DNA of 64,000 nt from the NCBI RefSeq assembly GCF_964355755.1, contig NC_092670.1, positions 35,080,388 through 35,144,387 on the forward strand. Direction: 5' to 3'. Each line of letters starts with the position of its first letter. Position 1 is the stretch's first letter. Both the position numbers and the translations under genes were made by a program. Origin of the DNA: Antedon mediterranea (lineage: Eukaryota; Animalia; Echinodermata). Of this stretch, positions 25,865-39,845 are shown piece by piece. The notes under the pieces are model-generated. The model had not been told where the DNA came from. It was given only the letters and a program-made list of their open reading frames with translations, and did no database searches.

Positions 25865-28800
25865 TTGTAGATTTATGTTTGAGACTGAACACACATCCTA
25901 TAAACATCCTCAAAACACGCTATGGGTTCATATATTCTAGTTTTGTGTCGTGTATTAAACGATATCAGATTTGAAAGCATTTGCCCCAGAAATATAACCT
26001 TCTATACATCATTAGAAATATATTCAAATCTTTTTTAAAACCCATATCTGATTATGGGCTAGCTATATAAAAATAACTGAAAATCAAACTATACAGATGG
26101 TATCTGTATTTTTTTTTTTGGTTTAATAAAATACTGTGTATGATTATCTCACCTAAATCAGTGGATTTATATTAGAACATCAATTAGATAAGCGCTGCCA
26201 CGTGACTGTCTCGTTTCTCCCCACTGAGGCAATCATTCACTCATTTTCAGTATGTCAACGAATAGGTTTAAGTACTGTCAAATATAATTTAGGTTTTATC
26301 TGTTAATTGTTTTTTTTTTATAAAATATTTTAATCGGTGAATTTAATAGTGCTCAGATGTAATAATGATTGTTACCTAGAATATAATTTCACACGTGTAG
26401 CGTGTGATTCTTGAGCTGATATAAATCATGACATTGAAATGATGACATTTACTTTGACGTAAATTAGTAAACTTTGGAATTTGAACTTTTAACTTTACGT
26501 AGCTAAATGAGTTATTTGACCAATTGCGGTTCCTATTTTACAATAAGGTAAGATGTATAAATGTTTATATTTCAAATATACAGGAAGCAGAATAAGTGCC
26601 GTTCATTCTTTTCAAGGTATCACTTTTCGTGAACATGCCTCTGAACGGTAGCTAGATTGCCCCGAGCTGTTGACTTTCAAGTTGCTTCTACCCGCAAATA
26701 TTTAACCATTCAGAATGCTGCCGATTGACATGAAATACATAGTGTGGATGCCTCAAGCTAGAATTTGGATTAACATCAATAAGCATACTTGTTGTAGTTG
26801 TGTAGGTGTTTTGGCCAAAGATTCCCTCCTGTCAATGTCATTGCATTCTTTGGGTTGAAATCTCACCTCTCAGGATGTCTATTAGCAAAAGCCTGTGGCT
26901 ATATCAATGACGCAGTTTTAGCCAATGTTTAGATATAATGATCAAAGGGTATTGTAATGTAAACCGCTTTGAATTAACAATTAGTTAATTCAGCGTTTTA
27001 ATCTCCTACCTAAATATATCATATTCCGACTTGACTTTATGCACTAAATATATTCAGTCGGAAGTCTGCCCACTGGGTGTGCCCTATAAGACTATTTATT
27101 ACCTTCACTAGCCTCTTTGGTTTTTTTTACTTTTATTCCTAGAACCGAATTATGAGGCATGTTAAATTAAGCCAGAAGAATAAAATTACACTTTTACACT
27201 ACATATTTTGAATATTATTTGGTAATTATGATGAATTTTGGGGAATGTTTGAGCTGTGGTAGAGGAACTGATGCCCTGGCATCCCTTGTCTTTTGTCCAA
27301 GGGGACCTTGAATCTTAATTTACGGTGGACCGATGCCGTGGGGTTTGAATCTTTTTCGTTGTAGTCAAGTTATTTGGTAATGATGTTGAAAGTTTGAGAA
27401 TGGAAGTGGTGGACTGGTCGTGTCCTGGCAGCAACCTTCATATTGAAAACTGACATTATTGCCATTTGAACAATTGATAGACAAGCATTTGATTGTTTAC
27501 TGTCAAAACATGTTGGTTTAGAAATTTGATAAAATGATGACCAAAAGAAATAATATTACTAATTGCATCGTCAAACATAATGTTGTTTACTAAAATGTAT
27601 GTTAATGACCCATGAAGTCGGCCTACTGTCCGGTGTGGATGCCTACAGTCCAGTCCAGCTGTGTGGATGGTGAGGAACAGAACCACATAGGACCAATCAT
27701 CGGTTATGCAATAGGTTTAATAATCAATTGCATTAAAGTCCAATTCCATTTTTTTTCTATTACAGACTTCATCTGAACACTTAATTAAAGCCAGCGATAT
27801 AAAGCAATGGATTATTCCTATTAACAGCACTTCAGAAGAAGAGCATAAAACATCAAAGGACAGACATCAGCATTATTAGTAAGTTATTTTTAGATTTTGA
27901 ACAACTTCAGTTAATTCTTTTGATGTTCTTTAATTTAAGTTCCAAGTAGTTCTTTTATTTCATTAACTGTTTTATAATCTTTATACAGTTGTTAATTGCA
28001 GACACGCTTAAAATTAAGATTTTTTAAGTACAGCAAGGTAAACAAGTGTTTAAGTAAAGAGCCCGTAAAGAGTGAGAAATGTTTAAAAGGTACTTAAAAT
28101 AATAATGACTTAATAATTTAAATTCCATATGGTACTAAGGTTTGTATCTATTTTTAAGGCATCATTTCCACTTTGGTAAGTCTTGTAAAGAGGAGAAGTC
28201 CCAGTGTTGATTCCGGAGGGACGCTGGTAGTAATGTGTTTAGGATATGAAAAATTGTTTTGAAAATTAACAATTTAAGACAGTTCTGTAAGAAACCAATT
28301 CGTTAATCCTAGCTACTATCATATTTATCAATGTAGGATGACTTACAACTAGAACTTAAGTAAATTATGCATTACATCATTTGAGCAAGTTGTGTACAGC
28401 TCTTTAATATCGATTTTGATTTATCACGACGGCTGTGCACCATAAAAAAATCAAAGTCACTTGGACATACGACGACTTGACAAAAATTGCCAAACGAAAC
28501 GTTGTTTACGAATGTTTCCTTATGACGTCATTTACAGTGATACTGTAGGTTGTTGCAAAGTCGAAAGCTCCCAATTATATAATTCATTGATCACTTTATT
28601 TTAGAATAAAAATTTAATATAATATACAACCAATAATACAAATTTTCTCCCATTTAATGAAGAGATTTGAAGAGCGTAACAGATAATGTAGAGCATTTTT
28701 AAATCAAAGAAATTTTACACGGGTAAACACTGTTAATATCAACAAATATTTACAGTATTTCTACAGCACTGTAAACTGTGAACGTTATTTACACCATCTC

Positions 28801-29603
28801 AATAGGATATTGGTTTTAATGTGGTATTGTTCTATTAAACACAATAAACTGTATCAAATTAAATGGTGTGGAATTTATAGGTTTAGGTGGTTTCCCTGTT
28901 TCTGCAGCACCTACTGATTGCATGACACAACTTTATCCCCAAGGGGTTTAGAAGGTTGACAAAGTTTTCCGCAAACCACATTGAGAATAAAGGTATGTAT
29001 TTAAAAAATCATTTCAATGCTTTTTTTTTTTTAGCTCAATCGTATAAAGGTCTAAGCTCAAAAAAACACAACTGTTACAGCTTTAATTTTATTTTATTTC
29101 GAAGCTTTTATGCCCAGGCCCTTGGCATTTTGAAATCAATACACGTTTTTCATGAACTGTTTGTAGACTGCTTCTATAGTCCTCAAAACCTATTTATACA
29201 TAGCACACGCTTTTGTTATACGTCATATTAACAGTGCCAATAATTTTTTTTTTATGACTACTAAAACTATTTAGTAAACTAAACTATACTATAAAAAAAG
29301 TGTAGTATTTTTCAATGATCTTGATGCCAAGATTTGTTCCACAGTGAAAGTATATTTCAATACAGTTTGTGCCGGATGACTTCCAATGTTGGATTAATTC
29401 CAGTTGTGAAAATAACTTTCTTTCAATGGATTTATGCCAAGATGGTTTTCATGTAAATTCAGAAAAGTTTTATTGTAATGAAGGTTTAAATAAATAATAG
29501 TGCCCATTTAACCTAAGTTTTTATTTAAAAAAGTTTTATTAGCCATAATTGATTATCGTAGAAAACAAAAGTTTTAAATTTGTTGTTATATTATTTATTA
29601 TAA

Positions 29604-29750
29604 AGCTCTGTCTACACTATTAAACTTTATGTGACAAAAAAAATGTGATGTGCTCATATGGACATGACGATGTCATATCACTACCATATTTGGGCATATC
29701 ACTATATGGGCACATTTTTTATCAAACTAATTGATAGTGTAGACAGAGCT
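29604..29750. mobile_element. Tourist-like MITE, complete
   Basis: AGCTCTGTCTACACT TIRs, TAA TSD. Confidence 0.85.
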
Positions 29751-30944
29751 TAAATGTGTAAGCAGTAAGGGTAGGTTGGTGTAGGAAGTTGCTACGCTAT
29801 TGTGAAATGGATTCTTGATGTAAGCGCAACGCAAGTAATTTTGGATTAGTATTTTGTCCTTGTGTTGCATCTTAATGGGAACCAAGCATAATGGTCTACT
29901 CTGGCCATTTTGAGTTCATGTATTTATTAAATATTTTTTTCTACAAAATGAATTTATTGAAAAGACTAAAGTTTTAAGAAATGTTGCACATGTGAGTTTG
30001 CATAAGTTTGTACAGTAAGAAAGAAGAGCTACAGACTGCAAAATATTTCGAAAAAGGCTAAAAACATTAAAGGATCACTTGGGGTCCCTGAACCAGCGGC
30101 CCCGGGCCTCAGTGTTACACCATTGAGTAAGAGCTTACTTGATTATGAACCCAAAATGTTTTTCAACAGATGATTTTGATTGCATAATATAATTTTATCA
30201 AGTCTCAATATTTCAGGTAATTGAAATGCTTGAAACAAATTAATAGTAATGAGAAACTGTGCAAGAAGGACATAAATTTGTAAAACAAAACACCAAATTA
30301 TTGCAATACTTTATAATGACATTATTTATTTTTGTAAAACAGTAAGTTCGAATTCGAGATTCAGTTAGTCATTGTAACGTGCAGGGGGAATCACTCGGCG
30401 GCAGAAGGGGGTAATTTCCGTAAAACGTTCAATACGCTTCTTTCCCACAAAGGGGTCTATTATTGATGCATCTGTTTATTGTCTTTATTACTGCATTTCA
30501 CGCATGAACTTCTAACCCCGTAATGTTCTTAATTTCTAGTGATAAACCAAAGCTTTTTACTTTCGCATTTTCCATCTCTGGTAAATGTTAGTGGTGGATC
30601 TTCGTTTATACCACTAAGATATTCTGAGAAGATAAGTTGAGTACACACTACCTACTGTACCATTCAGCGTTCATGAACTTTGTTATAACTTTAGCAACAG
30701 ACTCACACATTTTAACACTATATTTAAGTTTAAACTTGGAAGATTATATTATTAATAGTTATGTTATTCAGGGTATGTAGTGTATTAATAGGATTCTGTT
30801 TCTATGCAGAATGCCACAGTGTTGTATAATGTATTTCAATGATGGATGCATCAATCTTTGTTAGTTATAAAACACGATTCACACAAAACATGTAAACAAC
30901 ATTTCCATGTACAGCAGAACCCCACCTTAGGGACTCTCCTATTA

Positions 30945-31263
30945 AGCTCTGTCTACACTATACCAGTTTGACAAAAAATGTGTGATATGCCCAAATATGG
31001 TAGTGATATGACATTATCATGTCCATATAATTCCCATCACATTTTTGTCATTTTAGTGTTAAGAAATAAATGAGGAGAAATGTATGTGTGAACTACCACT
31101 AAAGCTCTGTCTACACTATCAAACTTTATGTGTCAAAAAAGTTTGATGTACCCATATATGGTAGTGCTATGCTTAAATATGGTAGTGATATGACATCATC
31201 ATGTCCATATATGGGCACATCACATTTTTTTGACACATAAAGTTTGATAGTGTAGACAGAGCT
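30945..31263. mobile_element. Compound Tourist-like MITE (two left ends, one right end) nested in a TACAG-ended MITE
   Basis: TIR starts at 30945 and 31103, end at 31263, TTA outside both outer ends. Host MITE pieces at 30909-30944 and 31264-31317. Confidence 0.75.
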
Positions 31264-31569
31264 TTACTCCTATTGAAATACTCTGTCCACAGGTGTCCCC
31301 TTAAGTTCTAGTGTTACTAGTTCTAATGTATTTGGGTCCAGTCTGATAATAGGAAGAATGATAAAGATGGTAACAACTGCACATATTTGAATATAAACAG
31401 TTTTTTTCTTTTTTCTTTAATGTACATACTATGTACTAACTATACTTTTCTATATTTTCTATAAGGAAGGATATTGGTAGATAACATTTGTTACATTTCC
31501 TTACAGTATGTACTGTTATTGCATATTCAAGCCAACATTTGCTATGTATAATGTATATATTTATAAAAC

Positions 31570-31681
31570 TATATATGGACATGATGATGTCATATCACTA
31601 CCATATTTAGGCATATCACTACCATATTTGGGCATATCACACTTTTTTTTTCAAATAAAGTTTGATAGTGTAGACATAGCT
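31570..31681. mobile_element. Tourist-like MITE fragment
   Basis: Internal CACTACCATATTT repeats and right TIR. More fragments at about 41713-41960, 46813-46918, 51640-51705 and 54258-54297. Confidence 0.7.
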
Positions 31682-34600
31682 TCACTGTATGTAAAGACCT
31701 TTATTTAATGTGAATCCGAAAGGCTATATAACATTTTTTACACTGTCATGATAAACAGTAAAGTTAACGACAATCCTAATTTAATTTAGGATTTCTAAAG
31801 CCCCATCCCAAAACTCGCAATTTTCCGCATTGTTTTCTATTGTGAAAACAGATGTATGATTAGCAATATATTAAGTTATCCAACAGCATGTCTGAAAGTT
31901 TCACCTGGGGGAACAATGCTAGGTTCCCCTTCCTTCTATAGCCTCAAATTAAATTGTCCATCTGTCTATGCTTGAAACACTGGCCAAATTCTATACTCTG
32001 TAGTATTGTTGTTAAACTTAATATGACATTCTTCAATAGTCTATTTATCATTGGTAATTACGATCCTGTCTAAAGTTTTGGTCCTTACGGGAAGGGGGAC
32101 TCATGAGCGAATGACTGTGATTTGATACGGCTACAGCTGCTGCCCCTTCCCAGACTTAGTTAATTTCATTTTCACACTTTGAAGAAAACCACACGCCACT
32201 GGTTAGCGTCACACTGATTAAGAACATTACTTGTTGAGCTACACTACACACAGGAACTTTGAACATTTCGTTTCCTGATAAAAGATATGTCCTTCGATTA
32301 ATTTTCACTAATCGTCTTAAATTTTTACTACATGCCAGAAACGTTCCATAACAATTTTTTTTTTTTAATTTATTTGAAACTCAATTCAATGTATTTACCT
32401 GTATTTCTTTATAAAAACATGATACAAAATATGTATTGAATACAAATAATAAATGTTATTGACATCAGTCTGGCAGAGTGTAAAAAGGATCACTCTCCTA
32501 CATAATAATTACAAAAACACAAAGTTTAACATGTTATATATATTTTATATTTTCTACTTCAGTCGTTTTATTCTCATATTGACATGGACTTTTTCATTGT
32601 AATAATAATAATAATAATAATAATAATATATATATATATAAGATTTGTAAAACGCACATATCCACTAAAGTGCTCAAGATTGTACTTTTTATTGTTTTTG
32701 TTATATGTTATACGGGCACTGTGGGAGAACAGTATTTTAGAAAGAAGAAAGAAACTGTATTATTTGATGTGTGTGGAAAATTTAATAAAACAAACAAACA
32801 AACAAGTTTGTATAGTAAGTATATCATATTCTTACATGGCTTCCCAATACAAGTTTTCAATTGGATTTTTTTTTTTCAATTGATAGATACTTTCTTGGGT
32901 TTTTTTGCCTCTTTCATTTTTTATATACAGTAACTGAATCACCTTTTTCATACATTATGATTTACTGTATTATATCTCTAAAAAAAATATATATAAAATA
33001 TCAGAAATTATAATGTTTTACTCAAATATGAATGTGAAAGAAATAAATGTTTATTTAACTGAATGAACAAACTACTGAACAAGCTCAACAGTATAAATAA
33101 TTAAGAAATACAAAGAAATAAAACAGAAGATTTAAAAGGGCAAGGAAAACTATAAAGCCAAAAAACAAACTTCAATCGGGAAAGGTAACCTAGGTAAAGA
33201 AGTAAAAGTAGAGTGGAAAAAAAATGTATATTTTAAATGTTCTACTCGCAAATATAAAAAAAAAAAATAATTACTCCAAATTTGTCGGTTAAATATTAAA
33301 TTGTTCACCTAGTACAATCAATTTACTTTACATCTAATCTAGCTGCCGCACACTTTGTTAAATTGCCTTTAAATTTCTTGGAAAAGTGAATATTTGATCT
33401 ATTTTTTTATGGATTAACATGATCAATCCCACTGATAACTTAAATTCCACTTCACAAGTCCCTCCCTTGAGTAAGGCCCAATTGATATTTAAATCAAAAC
33501 TAGTCCACTTGGATGTCTTCATCTTCCGGATCAAATTTTATATAATTGTTATTACCAGATAATCCCAAATTGTTTTGTTTGTTGTACACTTGAATATAAT
33601 ACTTATTTTTACCCAGTTTTTATTACCTTTAATGAACCCATGGAGAAAGTCCAAATTTAGTATCAAGTATTTTTCGACATTTGAGAATAAACGAGTCTTT
33701 CAAGTATATAATGGTTGACTCTTTGATAAGTAATAGTAAATCTCCACTTCCTGTGCTAGGGGTTATGACCAAAAGAAAAATGTTGATAAATGTTTATATG
33801 CAAAATATTTGTATGAATTTCTCTTGCACAACTCACCAGAAAGGCAAGTACAATTCCTAATAGAGCTGTGTCCTCTAAATAGAGGTAAACCCCTAGTGTA
33901 AAAAACATTTATAACAAACCTGATTCATTTGTTGGTCACATTATTCAATTAAATGTTCTAATGCACTCTTAATGACACTGAAGTACTGAAATTTCATTTT
34001 TGTCACACACACATACGAGGCTATTGTTAACTGATTGCGTTTGCTTAACCTGTAGTGTGCGCCATCTATAATTGGTCTACTCCGCGTCCAAAATTTTACT
34101 TTGCGAATGGTTTGAGTGTTTTATATTTTAAATATAACCAATTTCACATGAAATTATTTCTACCATTGCAATCATAAACATTCATTTTCTGCCTTTACTT
34201 AAAAGCATACTCTATAATTATGCGGGATGTTTTTGTCAAACATTGTTTGCACAGTGTATGGTAGCTAGAGTATAGTTCCTATGCTTAATCACCAGTATAT
34301 AATTTATCAATGAGTCTACAGCATTATTAAACTTGACAATATAAGCTTCTATCCTACTACTACTACAGAGACAACACAGAATAGCTTGGGATGTTTAGTC
34401 GAGACATCCTAAGCCACTGTAGCATAGTTTACGTGAAGTTCAGTACGCAACAGGTATTACCGGATTTCGTAACAGATAAATTCGCTGCACCTCGATGTAT
34501 TTTGCTGACTCGTCTGAAAAGGTTATGTAACAAGAATCGAAGACTTCCTCTAACAGGTGGTAAATGAGACCAAAACTGCACAATATTTTAAGATGTTTTG

Positions 34601-34831
34601 ATCCTCGTCTTTATCGGGTTGCTTTTTGTCTGAGACAGAGGATAAAAAACTGTGGCCCCAGAGGAAAAATATTTAGTAAGAATTATATATGACTAGCAAA
34701 GTATATATTTAGATTTATAAGGTCTTGCCTGTGTCTAATAGTTACTATAGCACTGTGAAATGTAAATTTAGTTTATTGGGATTTTTGTTAAATAAACACT
34801 ACCTCTGTGTTGTATCTTTAAATATTAATTA

Positions 34832-35145
34832 TTATATAACACCTATATAAATTCCTGTCATTTGATTGGACGAATGTGGGTCACATGGCGTGCAATAGTA
34901 CGCACTATTCAACGATCGTTAAATAGTACTTTTTGAAACATTTTTGTGTACGAAAAAAAAACGTCTAGATGTTATATAAAACAAATAATGAATGTTTTGT
35001 ATTCGTGTAATGGTACAAATAATGGCACTTGGTGAATGATGAAAGGTTATATCAACTCGGCTTTGCCTCGTTGATATAACCTTTCATCATTCACCTCGTG
35101 CCATTATTTGTACCATTGCACTCATAAACATTCATTATTTGTATA
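34832..35145 (+). mobile_element. Element with about 75-bp-arm subterminal hairpin (Crypton-like, non-autonomous)
   Basis: Hairpin 34981-35142 centred on AACTCGGCTTTGCCTCGTT. No TIR or TSD. The family label is from recall of similar invertebrate repeats. Confidence 0.55.
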
Positions 35146-36420
35146 TTATTAAAGAAGTATGAATGTGCTATACATATGCGAATACACTGTTAAGGTCTTT
35201 CCCTGTTGTTAAAAGCCTGCGATCTAGGCCTATCCACTCTCCAACTTTACCCAGTTAGTGTTCAATAGGGTGTTCTTTCCAAGTGTTAACCTAGAGAAGA
35301 AAATCTCTCAAGTAATCTTCATTCTTTAACTAAGAGTCAAAGTAGATATTAATTGAGGAATAATCAGTAATTAATTAGTTATAATAATGTTGAATTGAAG
35401 TTTGTTGAGTCTATACTTTGGTAGTATTTTTAGTTAAGGAATGTGACTTAATAGGATTGCATTTAAAAAACTTCTATCTACAGTATATCTGTAGTAAGTC
35501 TCTGATTGGTCAGAAGTTTGTGTCTAAACTATAAACAAAGCTTATTGGTTATAATTTGAGGTAAATTTAAAGACTATATTTCAGTGCTATGTTTTTTGTT
35601 TTGTTAGGTAAAGACATCTAACTTCATAAAATTGCATTTGAAGGTGACTTATATCTATCTATAATATCAAGAACAGTGATTTCTATACAAGGCCTCTGAT
35701 TGGTCAGAAGTTTTTCTATCTATCAAACTGAGCTAATAAACAAAGTAACCATTGATTGCACATTAAAATAATACCTACAATAAAGATCAGAAGCCATGGA
35801 TGCCAATTAAAAGAACATTTTTTGTAGGTACTTTTTATGGCAAATATAGGCTTGCAACTGCTGCATCATAGGGTATTTGCTCTATGCTGTCATAGGCCTA
35901 TCAAATCAACTTTTTATTATACTAATAATGTTCCCATACCATATAAATAATTTAAATGCAATAATAAAAAAAGTTGTACAGTATTTTTTTTTCTAGTCAA
36001 GGTCATTTATGTTTTATTTTATGTGTACAAATAAATAACATCTGGAAAATTCATTCATTAGATTTATAGAAGTTCTTATTTATAATAATTCATAATTCAT
36101 AAGAATGTTGTATTGATTTATGTTTTACATAGGCCATTTCAAAGGTTTTTGTCACCACACATAATACTTACTGATACTATATTTATTATGTTTATTTAAC
36201 CCGTAGGCCTAAATTGAATTACAATGCCCACACTGATTGATTATTGAAGTGTTGGAGTGAAATGTTGAAGGCCATGAATTCTGTCTGCCTTGGCAACATT
36301 TAATATTTTGTTATTCAGATCATTTTACTTGAAATTTTGATTGAAAATAAAATTAATATTAAAATAATGTAGTTATTAGTATACTACAGTTACATTATAA
36401 CCCCTCCTTTGGGACACATA

Positions 36421-37510
36421 TTAAGGGTACACCTCTATTAAGGATACACCTCTATTAAGGATACACCTCTATTAAGGATACACCTCTATTAAGGATACAC
36501 CTCTATTAAGGGTACACCTCTATTAAGGATACACCTCTATTAAGGATACACCTCTATTAAGGATACACCTCTATCAAGGGTACACCTCTATTAAGGATAC
36601 ACCTCTATTAAGGGTGGGGGAGGAGGGTTGGGTACACCTCTATTAAGGATACACCTCTATTAAGGATACACCTCTATTAAGGATACACCTCTATTAAGGA
36701 TACACCTCTATCAAGGGTACACCTCTATTAAGGATACACCTCTATCAAGGGTACACCTCTATTAAGGATACACCTCTATCAAGGGTACACCTCTATTAAG
36801 GATACACCTCTCTCTATCAAGGGTACACCTCTATTAAGGATACACCTCTATTAAGGGTACACCTCTATTAAGGGTACACCTCTATTAAGGATACACCTCT
36901 ATTAAGGGTACACCTCTATTAAGGATACACCTCTATTAAGGGTGGGGGAGGAGGGTTGGGTACACCTCTATTAAGGATACACCTCTATTAAGGATACACC
37001 TCTATTAAGGATACACCTCTATTAAGGATACACCTCTATCAAGGGTACACCTCTATTAAGGATACACCTCTATCAAGGGTACACCTCTATTAAGGATATA
37101 CCTCTATCAAGGGTACACCTCTATTAAGGATACACCTCTATCAAGGGTACACCTCTATTAAGGATACACCTCTATTAAGGGTACACCTCTATTAAGGGTA
37201 CACCTCTATTAAGGATACACCTCTATTAAGGGTACACCTCTATTAAGGATACACCTCTATTAAGGATACACCTCTATTAAGGGTACACCTCTATTAAGGA
37301 TACACCTCTATTAAGGGTGGGGGAGGAGGGTTGGGTACACCTCTATTAAGGATACACCTCTATTAAGGGTGGGGGAGGAGGGTTGGGTACACCTCTATTA
37401 AGGATACACCTCTATTAAGGGTGGGGGAGGAGGGTTGGGTACACCTCTATTAAGGATACACCTCTATTAAGGGTGGGGAAGGAGGGTTGGGTACACCTCT
37501 ATTAAGGATA
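36421..37510. repeat. 17-bp minisatellite (AAGG[A/G]TACACCTCTAT[T/C]) with occasional 35-bp units
   Basis: TTAAG recurs at 36421, 36438, 36455, 36472 and onward. Confidence 0.95.
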
Positions 37511-38999
37511 CACCTCTATTAAGGGTGGGGGAGGAGGGTTGGGTACACCTCTATTAAGGGTGGGGAAGGGGGTTGGGTATACCTCTATTAAGGGTGGGGG
37601 AGGAGGGTTGGGTACACCTCTATTAAGGGTGGGGAAGGGGTTGGGTACACCTCTATTAAGGGTGGGGAAGGGGGTTGGGTACACCTCTATTAAGGGTGGG
37701 GGAGGAGGGTTGGGTACACCTCTATTAAGGGTGGGGAAGGGGGTTGGGTACACTTCTATTAAGGGTGGGGAAGGGGGTTGGGTACACCTCTATTAAGGGT
37801 GGGGGAGGAGGGTTGGGTACACCTCTATTAAGGGTGGGGGAGGAGGGTTGGGTACACCTCTATTAAGGGTGGGGGAGGAGGGTTGGGTATACCTCTATTA
37901 AGGGTGGGGGAGGAGGGTTGGGTACACCTCTATTAAGGGTGGGGGAGGAGGGTTGGGTACACCTCTATTAAGGGTGGGGGAGGAGGGTTGGGTACACCTC
38001 TATTAAGGGTGGGGAAGGGGGTTGGGTACACCTCTATTAAGGGTGGGGGAGGAGGGTTGGGTACACCTCTATTAAGGGTGGGGGAGGAGGGTTGGGTACA
38101 CCTCTATTAAGGGTGGGGGAGGAGGGTTGGGTACACCTCTATTAAGGGTGGGGAAGGGGGTTGGGTATACCTCTATTAAGGGTAGGGGAGGAGGAGGGTT
38201 GGGTATACCTCTATTAGTATTAAGGGTGGGGGAGGAGGGTTGGGTATACCTCTATTAAGGGTGGGGGAGAAGGGTTGGGTATACCTCTATTAAGGGTGGG
38301 GGAGGAGGGTTGGGTATACCTCTATTAAGGGTGGGGGAGGAGGGTTGGGTATACCTCTATTAAGGGTGGGGGAGGAGGGTTGGGTATACCTCTATTAGTA
38401 TTAAGGATACACCTCTATTAAGGGTGGGGGAGGAGGGTTGGGTACACCTCTATTAAGGGTGGGGGAGGAGGGTTGGGTATACCTCTATTAAGGGTGGGGG
38501 AGGAGGGTTGGGTATACCTCTATTAAGGGTGGGGGAGGAGGGTTGGGTATACCTCTATTAAGGGTGGGGGGAGGAGGGTTGGGTATACCTCTATTAGTAT
38601 TAAGGATACACCTCTATTAAGGGTGGGGGAGGAGGGTTGGGTATACCTCTATTAAGGGTGGGGAGGAGGGTTGGGTATACCTCTATTAAGGGTGGGGGAG
38701 GAGGGTTAGGTATACCTCTATTAAGGGTGGGGGAGGAGGGTTGGGTATACCTCTATTAGTATTAAGGATACACCTCTATTAAGGGTGGGGGAGGAGGGTT
38801 GGGTATACCTCTATTAAGGGTGGGGGAGGAGGGTTGGGTATACCTCTATTAAGGGTGGGGGAGGAGGGTTGGGTATACCTCTATTAAGGGTGGGGGAGGA
38901 GGGTTGGGTACACCTCTATTAAGGGTGGGGGAGGAGGGTTGGGTATACCTCTATTAAGGGTGGGGGAGGAGGGTTGGGTATACCTCTATTAGTATTAAG
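37511..38999 (+). repeat. 35-bp G-rich minisatellite, about 40 copies, each with a G-quadruplex motif
   Basis: Unit TATTAAGGGTGGGGGAGGAGGGTTGGGTACACCTC is the 17-mer plus an 18-bp G-rich insert. Four runs of three or more G per unit. Confidence 0.95.
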
Positions 39000-39455
39000 G
39001 GTCACCTCTATAAGGCTACATCTCTTTTAAGGGTACACCTCTATTAGTAATAATGGTGCACCTCTATTAGTATTAATGGTACACCTCTATCAATGGTACA
39101 CCTCTATCAAGGGTACACCTCTATCAAGGGTACACCTCTATCAATGGTACACCTCTATCAAGGGTACACCTCTATCAATGGTACACCTTTATCAAGGGTA
39201 CACCTCTATCAAGGGTACACCTCTATCAAGGGTACACCTCTATCAAGGGTACACCTCTATCAAGGGTACACCTCTATCAAGGGTACACCTCTATCAAGGG
39301 TACACCTCTATCAAGGGTACACCTCTATCAATGGTACACCTCTATCAATGGTACACCTCTATCAATGGTACACCTCTAACAAGGGTACACCTCTATCAAG
39401 GGTACACCTCTGTTAAGGGTACACCTCTATTAGTATTAATGGTACATCTCTATTA
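39000..39455. repeat. 17-bp minisatellite, variant block (CAAGGGTACACCTCTAT / CAATGGTACACCTCTAT)
   Basis: Direct repeats of period 17. Confidence 0.93.
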
Positions 39456-39845
39456 AGGGGACACCTCTATCAAGGGTACACCTCTATTGGGTTTACCTAA
39501 TTTCCATGGATTGAACGAGTGTTTTAATATATGTTGGCCAACCTTTATTTAAGGGACACCTCTATCAAGGGTACACCTCTATTGGGTTTACCTAATTTCC
39601 ATGGATTGAACGAGTGTTTTAATATATGTTGGCCAACCTTTATTTAAGGGACACCTCTATCAAGGGTACACCTCTATTGGGTTTACCTAATTTCCATGGA
39701 TTGAACGAGTGTTTTAATATATGTTGGCCAACCTTTATTTAAGGGACACCTCTATCAAGGGTACACCTCTATTGGGTTTACCTAATTTCCATGGATTGAA
39801 CGAGTGTTTTAATATATGTTGGCCAACCTTTATTTAAGGGACACT
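39456..39845. repeat. 95-bp tandem repeat, 4 copies
   Basis: AAGGGACAC at 39551, 39646, 39741 and 39836. Confidence 0.93.

Noticed and set aside
33350-33730. Decayed single-frame ORF on the minus strand
   Set aside because: Many stops and no motif I can recognise.
37502-39456. Repetitive ORFs (PTLNRGV, VHLYQGYTSIKG) as genes
   Set aside because: They arise from stop-poor minisatellite units on both strands, with no splice signals or unique domains.
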